A stretch of DNA of 35,880 nucleotides, from positions 1 through 35,880 of the IMG/VR virus record IMGVR_UViG_3300032212_000680, one strand, 5' to 3'. Below, piece after piece: positions 24,839-34,614 of this stretch. The stretch comes from a virus (Duplodnaviria > Caudoviricetes). The position numbers and the translations under genes were made by a program. The notes beneath the pieces were generated by a model. The model was not told the DNA's origin, did no database searches, and saw nothing but the letters and a program-made list of their open reading frames with translations. How positions within the stretch are numbered: the first letter of the stretch is position 1; every line of letters begins with the position of its first letter.

Positions 24839-26384
24839 GGCGCAATTTCGCATCAGAGCGATCGATGATGCGACCAGGCATATACGCAAGGTTACGCAGA
24901 ATATCGAACGCATGACCGCGCCAGTACGCAACGTAAAAAACCAGTTACGTGCGCTTAATAGCCAGCTAGGTTTTCCGCGTGTTGCGAGATCGATCCGTCG
25001 CGTTGGTCGGGCATTTTCAAATTTAGGCGCGCAAGTAACTCGCACAATGGGCGGCATTGCTCTCGCGGGCGGCGGTATTGCGTTTGCCTTCAAGCGATCT
25101 TTTATTGATACGGCGGCCGAGTTCGAACGCTTCGAGACTGTGCTAAAAACGGTGGAAGGTAGCAGTGAGGGTGCCAGGCGTTCAATGGACTGGGTAAGTA
25201 ACTTTACCGCAAAAACACCTTTCGAGTTGGCCGAGGTGGTCGATGGTTTCGTCAAGCTAAGGGTTTTCGGTCTCGATCCCATGAATGGCATGATGAAAAC
25301 ACTTGGCGATACGGCGGCAGCGATGGGTAAAAATATTGAGCAGCCAGTCGAAGCTTTAAAAGATGCGGTCTCTGGTGGTGGTTTCGAGCGACTAAAGGAT
25401 CTAGGTATTACTGCCAATACTGTGGGCAAAAAGACGATCCTCACATTTCAGGAAGATGGTAAGACAATCAGGAAGATTGTCGATAAAAACAATAAGGCGC
25501 TATTGCAGACGACGATCCTCGATATATGGCAGAAGAAATTCGGCGGTGCTGCAGATGAGCTAAGCAAAACCTGGGGCGGTATGATGTCTAACCTGTCCGA
25601 CCAGTGGACACGCTTTGCCAATATGGTGATGAACAATGGCGTGTTTGATGTACTAAAAGGTCGCTTGGCTGGTTTACTTCAGCGCATCAATGCAATGGCC
25701 GCCAGTGGTGAGTTAAAACGATTGGCCGAGATGGTTGGTAGTCGTTTGGTTGCTGGTTTTAGCGCTTTCTTTAAAGTACTGAAAAACGACGTCGCGCCTA
25801 TGCTTCGCGCAGTACGCGACGGCGCTGTATTTCTACGCGATACGTTCGGATCATGGAAACCAGTAATCGCAGGCGTTGCCGCGATCGTTATGGGCCCGCT
25901 ACTCTTAAGCCTGGCCGCAGCCACAAAATCGGTGATCGCCCTGGGCGTCGCCTTAATGGCTACGCCTGTCGGCTGGATAATGGCCGCTATTGCGGCCGTC
26001 GCCGGTGCGGCGTACCTGATATATAAAAATTGGGAACCGATCAAAACCTTTTTCTCGGACGTGTGGGAGGCGGTAAAGATCACCTTTCAAGACGGGATCG
26101 ACTGGATTAAAAAAATACTCTCGATATCGCCGCTCGGTTTATTGATCAAGGGCGCGAACGCTGTCGGCGGCCTCGTGTCGCGTTTTGTTGGCGGCAGTAA
26201 TAACAACCCCGTTGCACGAACAACCGCACCGGTAACGCCAGGAGTGCAGCAAAGCGAAGTTAAAAGCCGCGCACAGGTCGAGCTGAAAGTAACCGACGAC
26301 AGGATTAAAACGAGCAAAATCGAGGCCGACAAAACGATGGACATAGAAATCGATAACGGCCGTATGCTAGGCATGGCAATGTAA
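24819..26384 (+). CDS. Tape measure protein
   Basis: IRAID.AT N-terminus, TAAEFE...TPFEL tape-measure domain, TM region P.GWI.AAIA..AYLIYKNWEPIK.FF..VW. Confidence 0.93.
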   Translation: MATRESKAQFRIRAIDDATRHIRKVTQNIERMTAPVRNVKNQLRALNSQLGFPRVARSIRRVGRAFSNLGAQVTRTMGGIALAGGGIAFAFKRSFIDTAAEFERFETVLKTVEGSSEGARRSMDWVSNFTAKTPFELAEVVDGFVKLRVFGLDPMNGMMKTLGDTAAAMGKNIEQPVEALKDAVSGGGFERLKDLGITANTVGKKTILTFQEDGKTIRKIVDKNNKALLQTTILDIWQKKFGGAADELSKTWGGMMSNLSDQWTRFANMVMNNGVFDVLKGRLAGLLQRINAMAASGELKRLAEMVGSRLVAGFSAFFKVLKNDVAPMLRAVRDGAVFLRDTFGSWKPVIAGVAAIVMGPLLLSLAAATKSVIALGVALMATPVGWIMAAIAAVAGAAYLIYKNWEPIKTFFSDVWEAVKITFQDGIDWIKKILSISPLGLLIKGANAVGGLVSRFVGGSNNNPVARTTAPVTPGVQQSEVKSRAQVELKVTDDRIKTSKIEADKTMDIEIDNGRMLGMAM

Positions 26385-26385
26385 T

Positions 26386-27585
26386 ATGTGGAAAGAGCGA
26401 CTACAAAAAGGATCGTTTCGTGGCGTTGAGTTTCAATTCGAAACAAACGAAACCGAGATCGGTCGTCGCGTTGCGGTGCACGAGTACCCCTTGCGCGATA
26501 TCCCATATATTGAGGATCTTGGCAAAAAGGCGCGAGTATTTTCCATAGAGGTTTATGTAATCGGTAACGATTACATGACGCAGCGCGACGCGTTGATCGA
26601 GGCAATCGAAAAGCCAGGGCCAGGTGTACTAATACACCCGACACTCGGGCAAGTTAATGCGAGCGTGCAGTCGGCGCGCGGGCCACGCGAAAGCAATCGC
26701 GAGGGCGGCCTCGCCTCTTTTAGCGTAACCTTTATCGAGTCAGGGGAAAATAAGTTTCCAGACTCGAGCGTCAATACAGGATTTAAAGTATCGGACGCGG
26801 CTAGTAAGGTGCGCGGCTCGTTTATCGACGACATAACGGCGCGTTATGCGGTTAGCTCCCTGCCCTCTTTTCTGACTTCCGAGGCGAGTACGCTATTAAC
26901 TGACAATCTGACGTTTATTAAAAGCAACCTTTTAACAAGCGTCGGCATTGATGACGTATCGAGCGTATTGTTCGAGTCAATTGACGCGGCTATCGATAAC
27001 GTCGCTGTCGATGTGCTTAACCCGCTATTAGTAGTTGACTCATATCTAAATATTATTGATAACATCGAGGCCGCCGTTACTGAGTCGCGCGAACAGTATA
27101 ACGTGCTGATGAAGATATCAGAGTTTGGCATCGATATACCCGCTATCAACGAAACAACCGACACGCGCACGAAGCACCAAAACAACCAGGCGAGTTTTTT
27201 AAGTTTCGTGCAAGGCGGCGCATTATCGAAAGCGGCCGAGGCTGCCGCGAATATCGACTTTACGCATTACGACGAGGCGATCACGATACGCGACGGCATT
27301 GCCGATCAACTGGACGACCTCGCCGATACCGCCGACGATATCAATGTATTTCATGATTTGCAGGATCTACGCTCGGCAGTAGTTGACGACATAACAACCA
27401 GGGGGGCCGATCTGGCTAAAATTGTCGGTTTTCGTCCTAAAGCAACATTACCCGATCTTGTTATCGCGCACCGGTTATATGGTGACGCTCGACAATTCTC
27501 GATCATTAACGATCGCAATAGTGTGCGGCATCCATCATTTATTACCGGCGGCGTCGAGCTCGAGGTTTTAAACCGTGCGCCATGA
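26386..27585 (+). CDS. DNA circularisation protein (Mu gpN-like)
   Basis: W..RL..GSFRGV.F, GRRVAVHEYP.RD.PY.EDLG, L.HPTLG, LVIAHRLYGDA, HPSFI. Confidence 0.93.
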   Translation: MWKERLQKGSFRGVEFQFETNETEIGRRVAVHEYPLRDIPYIEDLGKKARVFSIEVYVIGNDYMTQRDALIEAIEKPGPGVLIHPTLGQVNASVQSARGPRESNREGGLASFSVTFIESGENKFPDSSVNTGFKVSDAASKVRGSFIDDITARYAVSSLPSFLTSEASTLLTDNLTFIKSNLLTSVGIDDVSSVLFESIDAAIDNVAVDVLNPLLVVDSYLNIIDNIEAAVTESREQYNVLMKISEFGIDIPAINETTDTRTKHQNNQASFLSFVQGGALSKAAEAAANIDFTHYDEAITIRDGIADQLDDLADTADDINVFHDLQDLRSAVVDDITTRGADLAKIVGFRPKATLPDLVIAHRLYGDARQFSIINDRNSVRHPSFITGGVELEVLNRAP

Positions 27586-28624
27586 CGTCACTTTAAGGAT
27601 TGACGGATCTATATTTGGCGGCTGGCAACAAGTAAACATCGATCGCGGTATCGAGCAAATTGCCGGTTCTTTTAGCATAGGTTTAACCGAAAAATGGCCC
27701 GGTCAAAATGTACCGCGTGAGATCCTGCCCGGTGCGAGTTGCGCGGTACTAATTAACAGCGACATTGTGATCACCGGTTACGTTGATACAGTATCGAGCA
27801 ATTTATCAGAGTCGGGCCATACGCTAACAATCACCGGCAGAGACAAAACCGCCGACCTCGTGGATTGCGCGGCAATCTTTAAAACGGGGCAATGGTCAGG
27901 CAAAAAACTCGAGCGCATTGTTAACGATATCGTGACACCTTTCGGCGTATCTCTTAAAACCGATATCGATACCGGCGAAAAGTTAAAAACATTTCAGATA
28001 CAGGAAAGCGAGACAGCTTTCGAGTGTATCGAGCGGGCGGCACGTATGCGTAGCGCCCTACTCGTTAGTGACGGGCGCGGCGGCCTGGTTATCACTCGCG
28101 CAGGTAAAGACATGATCAACGCGTCGATCGAAGTCGGCGAAAATGTTAAAAGCGCCTCGGCCTATTACGATCACTCGAGCCGATATAGCGAGTACACGGT
28201 TAAGGCAAGCGACACCGGCGACGATTTCACTACGCCAGAGCAAAACGCCGAGCCGAAAGGCGTAGCGCAAGACACACATATAAAACGTTATCGCCCTATG
28301 ATTTCGATCGCCGAGGATAACGCCGACTCGAAGCAATGCAAGCAGCGCGCAGAGTGGGAGAGAAACATTAGGATCGGCCGTTCTGCGTCGTTCGAATACG
28401 TCGTAAACGACTGGTATAACTCGGCCGGATTATGGGAGCCAAACAAGCTAATAACGGTTATCGATAAAGTGCACGGAATAAATGCGAAACTATTGATCGC
28501 CTCTGTTCGATACAGCATAGACGAAAGCGGCGGCACGCTAACCTCGTTACGTGTAACGCGTCCAGACGCTTACGACGTCGAGCCATTAATACCCGACGAC
28601 GATCTCGATCTCTTATTGTTATGA
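27575..28624 (+). CDS. Baseplate hub protein (Mu gpP/gp44-like)
   Basis: FGGW..V.I.RGIE..AG.F, ITGYVD, GRDKTADLVDC, RYSEY.V, RYRP, LWEPN. Confidence 0.93.
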   Translation: MRHDVTLRIDGSIFGGWQQVNIDRGIEQIAGSFSIGLTEKWPGQNVPREILPGASCAVLINSDIVITGYVDTVSSNLSESGHTLTITGRDKTADLVDCAAIFKTGQWSGKKLERIVNDIVTPFGVSLKTDIDTGEKLKTFQIQESETAFECIERAARMRSALLVSDGRGGLVITRAGKDMINASIEVGENVKSASAYYDHSSRYSEYTVKASDTGDDFTTPEQNAEPKGVAQDTHIKRYRPMISIAEDNADSKQCKQRAEWERNIRIGRSASFEYVVNDWYNSAGLWEPNKLITVIDKVHGINAKLLIASVRYSIDESGGTLTSLRVTRPDAYDVEPLIPDDDLDLLLL

Positions 28625-29073
28625 ACATCGATAAATATCTAGCGCCGATAGTTCGGCGCGTCCGGCTTATGTTTGGGCGCGGCATTATCCAGAGCACCGA
28701 CGACTCGTTAAAAATGCAGTCGTGCCAGGTATCCATGCTGAATAGTGAGGTGCGCGACAACGTCGAGCATTTCCAGAATTATGGCTTTACAGCCAGGGCG
28801 CAAGATAAGGCCGAGGCGGTGTATAGCTGCGTAAACGGAAACCGAAACCATGCGATCGTTATATGCGTGGATGATCGCCGCTATCGCGTTAAGAATCTCG
28901 AAAAAGGCGAGGTCTGTATCTATACCGACGAGGACAACAACGCCGAACAGCACCGGATCCACTTCAAGAGAAATAAAGAGATCCACATGATAGCCGGCGA
29001 CTCGTCTATCGTCATGACACCGACAAAGATAACCATAACGACGCCAGAGCTAGAAATTATTAAGGCGACGTAA
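28621..29073 (+). CDS. Baseplate spike protein (Mu gp45 / gpV-like)
   Basis: VEHFQNYGFT, G.R.H......DDRRYR...L..GEV.IY. Confidence 0.92.
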   Translation: MNIDKYLAPIVRRVRLMFGRGIIQSTDDSLKMQSCQVSMLNSEVRDNVEHFQNYGFTARAQDKAEAVYSCVNGNRNHAIVICVDDRRYRVKNLEKGEVCIYTDEDNNAEQHRIHFKRNKEIHMIAGDSSIVMTPTKITITTPELEIIKAT

Positions 29074-29339
29074 TGCACGGCATAGCACGTAAAGACAGCG
29101 ACACGGCCGGCGGTACGCAGCTAAACGGCGGGCAGGACTTTTGCACGGTCGACGGCGATCTTATTGTATTACTCGGCGATCCGGTGCAATCACACGGAAG
29201 CGGCGAGCATGGATCGCCAGTCATGGCCGAGGGATCGAGCTTCGTAACCATTAACGGGATCGCCGTATGCCGCGAGGGGCACCTCGCATCTTGCGGGCAC
29301 GCTTCGACCGGATCCGACTTTGCCAAACTGAGCGACTAA
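29073..29339 (+). CDS. PAAR-domain spike tip protein
   Basis: GIARKD.D.AGG, GD.V..H...H, GS..V.INGIAVCREG.LASCGH. Confidence 0.9.
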   Translation: MHGIARKDSDTAGGTQLNGGQDFCTVDGDLIVLLGDPVQSHGSGEHGSPVMAEGSSFVTINGIAVCREGHLASCGHASTGSDFAKLSD

Positions 29340-29872
29340 TGAGCGACGTAAAATTAAATTTCGACAATTTCCTGTGCGACGTGGAATTAATCAGCGGCGA
29401 TCTAGCAACTGACGACACGCTACAAAGTAAAGTTATTATTTCACTATTCACCGATCGCTATGCAGACGACGACGATCCATTGCCTTACGCGAGCTCGGAT
29501 CGTCGCGGATTTTGGGGCGACGCCTGGCCGGATATTGACGGCGACAAGATCGGATCTAAGTTATGGCTATTGTGGCGTGAAAAGCAGACAAACCAAACAC
29601 TAGAGCGCGCGCGAGGCTATGCCGTTGAAGCATTGCAAAACCTTATCGACGACGGTTACGCCGTTGCCGTTGATGTGCTCGCCGTATGGTATGCGCGCGG
29701 AGTGCTCGCGCTTGGTATCCAGATCGATTTACCTACCGGCGAAACTGATTTTTTCCAGTTTCTCGGATCAGACGGCGCTTTTCGTAGCGTTGATCCTGGC
29801 GCGACATTAATCGGGCAAGAAACGGGCGCGCCGATATTTACTGAAGATACAACACTAATCGAGGCCGACTAA
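29339..29872 (+). CDS. Mu gp46-like baseplate protein with C-terminal extension
   Basis: VIISLFTDR, RRGFWGD, IGSKLWLL.REK, ARGYA.EALQ.L.DDG. Start revised to ATG 29339 (TAATG). Confidence 0.9.
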   Translation: MSDVKLNFDNFLCDVELISGDLATDDTLQSKVIISLFTDRYADDDDPLPYASSDRRGFWGDAWPDIDGDKIGSKLWLLWREKQTNQTLERARGYAVEALQNLIDDGYAVAVDVLAVWYARGVLALGIQIDLPTGETDFFQFLGSDGAFRSVDPGATLIGQETGAPIFTEDTTLIEAD

Positions 29873-29873
29873 C

Positions 29874-30311
29874 ATGGCAGCAACGTCCAAAATTTCAGAG
29901 TTCAATAGCGCGACAGATATACTCGATAACGAGCTAATAGCCGTCGTTGTCGGCGGTGTAACTAAAAAAATAACGCTCGCAAATTTACGCACAGCGATCG
30001 CTCGCGATCTCGCGCTCACTTATACCGTAACGACTACAAATAACTACCAAATGATCGCCGGCGAACATGCCGCCGTCGATAGTTCCGGCGGTGCCTTAAC
30101 AATCAAGCTGCCAACGTCGCCAGACGACGGCGATACGGCAACCGTTCGCGCGGTTGGCGGCAGCGTTATCACCAATAACGTGACGGTCGATCGTAACGGC
30201 AACAACATAAACGGAGCGGCGCAAGACTTTGTGATCCAGGCTGAAAACTACGAAATACGCTTTGTTTTTATTGATGGTTACGGCTGGGTACACAACCGAA
30301 ACGCTAACTAA
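29874..30311 (+). CDS. Accessory fibre adaptor (T4 gp9/gp10-like domain)
   Basis: KISEF..A...TKKITL.NL N-terminus; VDSSGGALTIKLPTSP.DGD, VTVDRNG.NING, FVFIDG.GW. Confidence 0.62.
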   Translation: MAATSKISEFNSATDILDNELIAVVVGGVTKKITLANLRTAIARDLALTYTVTTTNNYQMIAGEHAAVDSSGGALTIKLPTSPDDGDTATVRAVGGSVITNNVTVDRNGNNINGAAQDFVIQAENYEIRFVFIDGYGWVHNRNAN

Positions 30312-30326
30312 TGAAGAGGTTAAAAA

Positions 30327-31079
30327 ATGCCTTCTAGTAATGAATTTATCGGCGCTGGCAATTTAAAAAGCGAAACGTTTAACAGTTCCGGCACATTTAC
30401 CGTACCGGCGGCAGTCGACGAGGTTTTCGTTAGTGCTATCGGCGGCGGCGGCGGCGGCGGTTCGGGTCGCTTGTCATCAACAAGCCAGGCAGATCGCGGC
30501 GGCGGCGGTGGCGGTCAATCGGGCGCTGAGTTATTTATGATCCCTATTTCTGTAACGTCAGGCGCGGGCATTACGGTAACAATCGGCGCGGGCGGTTCCG
30601 GTGGTGCCGGTCAATCGACTGACACGACAGACGGCAATGCAGGCGGCAATGGTGGCGATACGACTTTCGGATCATTGGCGACGGCGGCCGGCGGCCTCGG
30701 CGGCGGTGCAGGAACGCAAAATTCATCAGCCAATATATTGGCGATCGGTGATGATCACGGCGGGCACGTAATCGCGCCGAAAAAAGGCGGCCAGGGGCGC
30801 GACAATAATCAAGACGGCTTGGCCGGCACAGACGCAAGCCTATACACCGGCGGCGCGGGCGGCGTTGCAGGCGGCGGCGGTGGCGGCGGCGGTGCCTCGG
30901 GGTACGCTAATGGCGCTGACGGTAGCGCGGGCAACAACGTCGGATCTAGCTCGGCAGGAACAGCGGGCACGGCGAACACAGGCAACGGCGGCGGCGGTTC
31001 GGGCAGTGCCGACTCGGGATCGTCAGGTGCCGGCGGTGCCGGTGGCTCGGGCAAACTGATCGTAAGGTGGGCAGAATAA
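30327..31079 (+). CDS. Glycine-rich fibre/adhesin protein
   Basis: FNSSGTFTVP, IGGGGGGG, VTIGAGG.GG, GGDTTFG, GGAGGSG.LIVRW. Confidence 0.8.
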   Translation: MPSSNEFIGAGNLKSETFNSSGTFTVPAAVDEVFVSAIGGGGGGGSGRLSSTSQADRGGGGGGQSGAELFMIPISVTSGAGITVTIGAGGSGGAGQSTDTTDGNAGGNGGDTTFGSLATAAGGLGGGAGTQNSSANILAIGDDHGGHVIAPKKGGQGRDNNQDGLAGTDASLYTGGAGGVAGGGGGGGGASGYANGADGSAGNNVGSSSAGTAGTANTGNGGGGSGSADSGSSGAGGAGGSGKLIVRWAE

Positions 31080-31507
31080 TGCGCTATGCACTCATTAAAA
31101 ATAATAAGGTGGTCGATCTCATCGAGGCCGACGCGGCATTTATGGCCGGCCTTTCTGGTTACGACGCGAAAGTCGAGGCTGATAGCCTTAACGTAGGCGT
31201 CGGCGACAATTACGACGGCGCAATATTTACCCGCGCACCGTCGGCAGTTAATGCGGTTATTACACAGGATCAATTTCAAGATCTTTTTACTATCTCAGAA
31301 CTCGGTGATGCTTACGACGATATCGAAGGCAAGGCGGCGAACCAGCAAAGCAAAGATTTACGCGCGTTTATTAAGATCATGGAGTCTCGCAAAGAGATCA
31401 ATCTAACTGATCCACGCGTGACGCTCGGGCTCGATCTAATGGTTTCGAAAGGCATTATCGATACACAGCGTAAGGCCGATATTCTTAGCGGCAAGGTGCG
31501 ACAGTAA
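31079..31507 (+). CDS. Fibre-associated chaperone-like protein
   Basis: MRYALIKN.KVV..I.AD...VG.GD.YDG..F; C-terminal I.L.DP....GL..MV..GII...R...IL. Confidence 0.62.
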   Translation: MRYALIKNNKVVDLIEADAAFMAGLSGYDAKVEADSLNVGVGDNYDGAIFTRAPSAVNAVITQDQFQDLFTISELGDAYDDIEGKAANQQSKDLRAFIKIMESRKEINLTDPRVTLGLDLMVSKGIIDTQRKADILSGKVRQ

Positions 31508-32556
31508 TGCCGTTTACAGTGCCAAGCATTCAGACGCTAATAGATCGTGTTAGATCAGATATCCGATCTCGCCTACCAGGTGCGGATCCGACTACGCGGC
31601 GCAGTTTTTTGGGCGTTATCAGTCGGACGCACTCGGGCGCAATGCACGGCCTGTACGCTTATCAAAAATGGCTGTCAGAACAATTCATGCCGGATACAGC
31701 CGAGACTGAAAACCTAGAAAGATGGTGCTCGATATATGGAATCGCAAGACTACCGGCTGCGCGTTCTGTCGGCTCGGTCGACTTTACCGGTAACAGTTCG
31801 ATATTAATACCCGTCGGCACGTTGATCCAGTCGAGTGACGGCACCGAGTATAAAACCGACGTTAATATTACGACGGCGGGCGGCGCGGCTACGGTTGCGG
31901 CGGTTGCTGTTGATGGTGGCGAGGCCGGCGACCTGGATCCAGGTGCTAACCTGACGCTCGTTAACCCGATATCAGGTATTAACAGCGCGGCGGTAACGTC
32001 GACCGGTTTTAGTGACGGCGCGGATCGCGAAACTGACGACGCTTTGCGGGCTCGCCTACTCGATCGCATACGCCAGCCGCCGCACGGCGGCGCATTTTTC
32101 GATTATGTGAAATGGGCGAAAGAGGTTTCGGGCGTCGACAAGGCATGGGTTAACGAGCATGAATTTGGGATCGGCACGGTCGCCGTGCGGTTTGTCACCG
32201 AGAATAACGGTATCCCGAGCGCCGGACTGGTGCAACTTGTTAGCGACTATATTGACGAGCGCCGGCAGGTTACGGCATTCGTTACCGTGCTCGCGCCGGT
32301 TTCCGCACCGATCGACATGACCATTAAAATCGATCCGAACAATACAACCGTTCAGGCAGCCATAACTGCCGAGCTTAACGATCTGCTAACTCGTGAAGCA
32401 GAACCAGGCGGCACGATATTACTGTCGCGTATTCAAGAGGCGATCAGTATTGCAGCCGGCGAGTCGGATCACACGCTCGTAACACCGACGGCAAACGTAA
32501 CGCACACGTCGAGCCAGTTGCCCACATTAGGCACTATTACCTATCAGGATTTATAA
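31507..32556 (+). CDS. Baseplate J-like wedge protein (Mu gp47)
   Basis: PF.VP....L, Q..PDTAE, GAD.ETD..LR.RLL.RIR.PPHGG...DY..WAKEV.GV..AW. Confidence 0.95.
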   Translation: MPFTVPSIQTLIDRVRSDIRSRLPGADPTTRRSFLGVISRTHSGAMHGLYAYQKWLSEQFMPDTAETENLERWCSIYGIARLPAARSVGSVDFTGNSSILIPVGTLIQSSDGTEYKTDVNITTAGGAATVAAVAVDGGEAGDLDPGANLTLVNPISGINSAAVTSTGFSDGADRETDDALRARLLDRIRQPPHGGAFFDYVKWAKEVSGVDKAWVNEHEFGIGTVAVRFVTENNGIPSAGLVQLVSDYIDERRQVTAFVTVLAPVSAPIDMTIKIDPNNTTVQAAITAELNDLLTREAEPGGTILLSRIQEAISIAAGESDHTLVTPTANVTHTSSQLPTLGTITYQDL

Positions 32557-32559
32557 GCA

Positions 32560-33147
32560 GTGGATTCTAGTAATTATAAGCAGATGGTCGAGTTACTTCT
32601 GCCGCCTGGTGCCGCGTGGAATCCAGAGCAGGGATCGACGCTTGGCAATTTTATACTTTCCCTCGCCGATGAAATGGCGCGTTTCGATGCGCGCGCGTTG
32701 GATTTACTTACTGAAACCGACACACGAACCACAAGCGAACTGATCGACGAGTGGGAGCGCGTGCTCGGACTGCCTGAGATTTGCATCAGTGGCGAGCAAT
32801 CGCTCGCAGAGCGTCGCGTCGCAGCAACAGCGAAACTTATCGCCCAGGGCGGCCAAAGCCGACAATATTACATCGATGTTGCTGCCGCGCTTGGTTTTGC
32901 AATAACGATAACCGAGTTTCAAGAAAAATATTTTCAGGTAGAAACCAGTAACGTCGAGGAACCGCTCGCCGAGGGTTGGATCTATCACTGGCGAATTAAT
33001 GCGCCCGACGAAACTATTTACGATTTTAGCGTCGACGAGGACGGGGTCGAGACTGGTTTGCGTTATTGGGGCAATGAGTTATTAGAATGCGTGATGAACC
33101 GGATCAAACCGGCGCACACACAATTATTATTTGCATACGGGAGCTAA
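32560..33147 (+). CDS. YmfQ/DUF2313 baseplate protein (Mu gp48-like)
   Basis: LLPPGAAW, ELI.EWERVLGLP, GGQS..YYI..A..LG, LEC......PAHT. Confidence 0.92.
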   Translation: MDSSNYKQMVELLLPPGAAWNPEQGSTLGNFILSLADEMARFDARALDLLTETDTRTTSELIDEWERVLGLPEICISGEQSLAERRVAATAKLIAQGGQSRQYYIDVAAALGFAITITEFQEKYFQVETSNVEEPLAEGWIYHWRINAPDETIYDFSVDEDGVETGLRYWGNELLECVMNRIKPAHTQLLFAYGS

Positions 33148-33153
33148 ACAACT

Positions 33154-33792
33154 ATGCACAAAATTGGTGACGATACGCCGGCTACGGCTGACGGTAATAA
33201 AGAGTTTCGCCCAGGCGTACCAGGCACAAGCGAGCTCGCGACGATTGTTAAATACGAGTTTATGAATACGTTACAACGCGAGCTCGTTAAGGTTATCGAG
33301 GCGGCTGGGATTACTCTTGATCAGGCCGACGACGAGCAGTTGTTTAAGGCATTGCAGGCAATGGCCGAAAATGGCGCGCTGATTAACGCCTCGGGCGTTC
33401 AATCTGTGCCGACTGGCGTTTTTACCGAAATGGATCTCGATAACGTTATCTATGACACCGGCAGTTATTACAATTCAAGTAACGGTTTCACTATTCCGGC
33501 AGGCGTTACGAAAGTTCAGCTATTTTCGTCGGTTCACTTTGATCCGATTGCAGACAGCACCTATCGACTGATTACAACATGGAAAAACGGCGCGGCATTT
33601 ATTGGCAATGGTGGTAATACATTGCTTAACGCAGGCAGCGCAGCCGCCACGGGCATGATCGCGGTTAGTGTTCCTGTCGATGTAGTTCAGGGCGACGTAT
33701 TAACGGCCGTATGCGGTCACGGCCGTGGATCTAATCTTAGTACCAATTCATTCGCTAATCATTGTTATCTAGGCATGAGGGTCATTAAATAA
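33154..33792 (+). CDS. Short tail fibre (Mu S-like N-terminus, C1q/BclA-like C-terminus)
   Basis: AT.V...FMN.LQ.EL..VIEAAG..LD..D..QL..A; YDTG.YY...GFTIPAG, V.V.QGDVL. Confidence 0.75.
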   Translation: MHKIGDDTPATADGNKEFRPGVPGTSELATIVKYEFMNTLQRELVKVIEAAGITLDQADDEQLFKALQAMAENGALINASGVQSVPTGVFTEMDLDNVIYDTGSYYNSSNGFTIPAGVTKVQLFSSVHFDPIADSTYRLITTWKNGAAFIGNGGNTLLNAGSAAATGMIAVSVPVDVVQGDVLTAVCGHGRGSNLSTNSFANHCYLGMRVIK

Positions 33793-34319
33793 TGGAACCA
33801 GCAATCGCACAAGTACATCCCGACTTCGACTTTTTATTTATTGCAGAGCAAGCCGGCGTAACCGATCCCGAAAAGATTTTATACAAGCCGAAAAAAGGCG
33901 AGTTACATTTGCGCGGTGTTTTGCAGTCTGATCTCGATAACGTCATGAGCGCATATGACAACGCAGCACGATCGCTTAATAATGCTCGCATCAGCAAAAC
34001 GTCAGAAACCGAAAACGCGGCAGCGTCCGAGCTATCGGGATCGTTTGCATCTAACGCACTCGGCGCAAGTCATACGTATAAAAGCGATCAGCAATCTATG
34101 ATCATGATCCTGATTGCCGCAACGTTAAACGGGCCTAATGATATCGAGTGCGACGACGGCACCGGTTACGCTATGCGATCTCATAACCCGCAAGATATAC
34201 AGCAGGTTTTAGCAGATGCGCTGGCGTCGTTCGGCGCGACCATGTCTAAGAAGCACGCAAACCTCTCAGCCATTAAGGCAGCAAGCAATGCAGAAACTGC
34301 TAATGCTGTCACTTGGTAA
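33792..34319 (+). CDS. Tail fibre assembly protein (DUF4376-like)
   Basis: F.S.ALGA.H.Y.SD, C.D......R.H...I.QV..D, I.AA.......V.W. Confidence 0.7.
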   Translation: MEPAIAQVHPDFDFLFIAEQAGVTDPEKILYKPKKGELHLRGVLQSDLDNVMSAYDNAARSLNNARISKTSETENAAASELSGSFASNALGASHTYKSDQQSMIMILIAATLNGPNDIECDDGTGYAMRSHNPQDIQQVLADALASFGATMSKKHANLSAIKAASNAETANAVTW

Positions 34320-34323
34320 GCAT

Positions 34324-34614
34324 ATGACTGATCCAACTATTAGTGGAATACATGCAGTATGGGAGTGGGTCAAGGAGCTATTTTACGCGATCTTAATTCT
34401 TTTCGGTTGGACGGTACGCCAGCAAGTGAAGCGCGTCGACGATATCGAAAACCGAGAGAAAGCATATATCGACGATAGTACATTTAATAACACCATTAAT
34501 GCGCTACGCGGCGATATAAAACAAGTCGGCGAAACTTATCGCGATGACTTGCGAGACTTTCGCGAGGATATGAAAAGCATACATTCTCGAATCGATGAAT
34601 TAATGAAAAAATAA
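34324..34614 (+). CDS. Single-TM coiled-coil protein, holin-like or lysis accessory
   Basis: Hydrophobic LFYAILILFGW followed by heptad repeats ending IHSRIDEL; directly before the endolysin; start revised to 34324. Confidence 0.55.
   Translation: MTDPTISGIHAVWEWVKELFYAILILFGWTVRQQVKRVDDIENREKAYIDDSTFNNTINALRGDIKQVGETYRDDLRDFREDMKSIHSRIDELMKK

Noticed and set aside
30327-31079. GGC runs as a microsatellite or CRISPR-like repeat
   Set aside because: They encode the Gly tracts of a Gly-rich fibre protein and have no repeat-spacer structure.
22239-32069. Long antisense ORFs (e.g. 22239-22664, 24815-25444, 26087-26644, 30809-31279, 31662-32069)
   Set aside because: They are shadows of sense-strand codon bias, with no RBS or recognisable motifs.
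22590-33147. T6SS, eCIS or tailocin interpretation of the sheath, tube, spike and PAAR genes
   Set aside because: They are contiguous with terminase, portal, capsid and replication genes, so this is a phage tail.
22393-33792. Transposable Mu-like phage, or invertible fibre cassette
   Set aside because: No MuA/MuB, invertase or inverted fibre genes are visible; replication and packaging are lambdoid.
33154-34319. Diversity-generating retroelement target
   Set aside because: No reverse transcriptase and no template/variable repeat pair with adenine-specific mismatches was seen.
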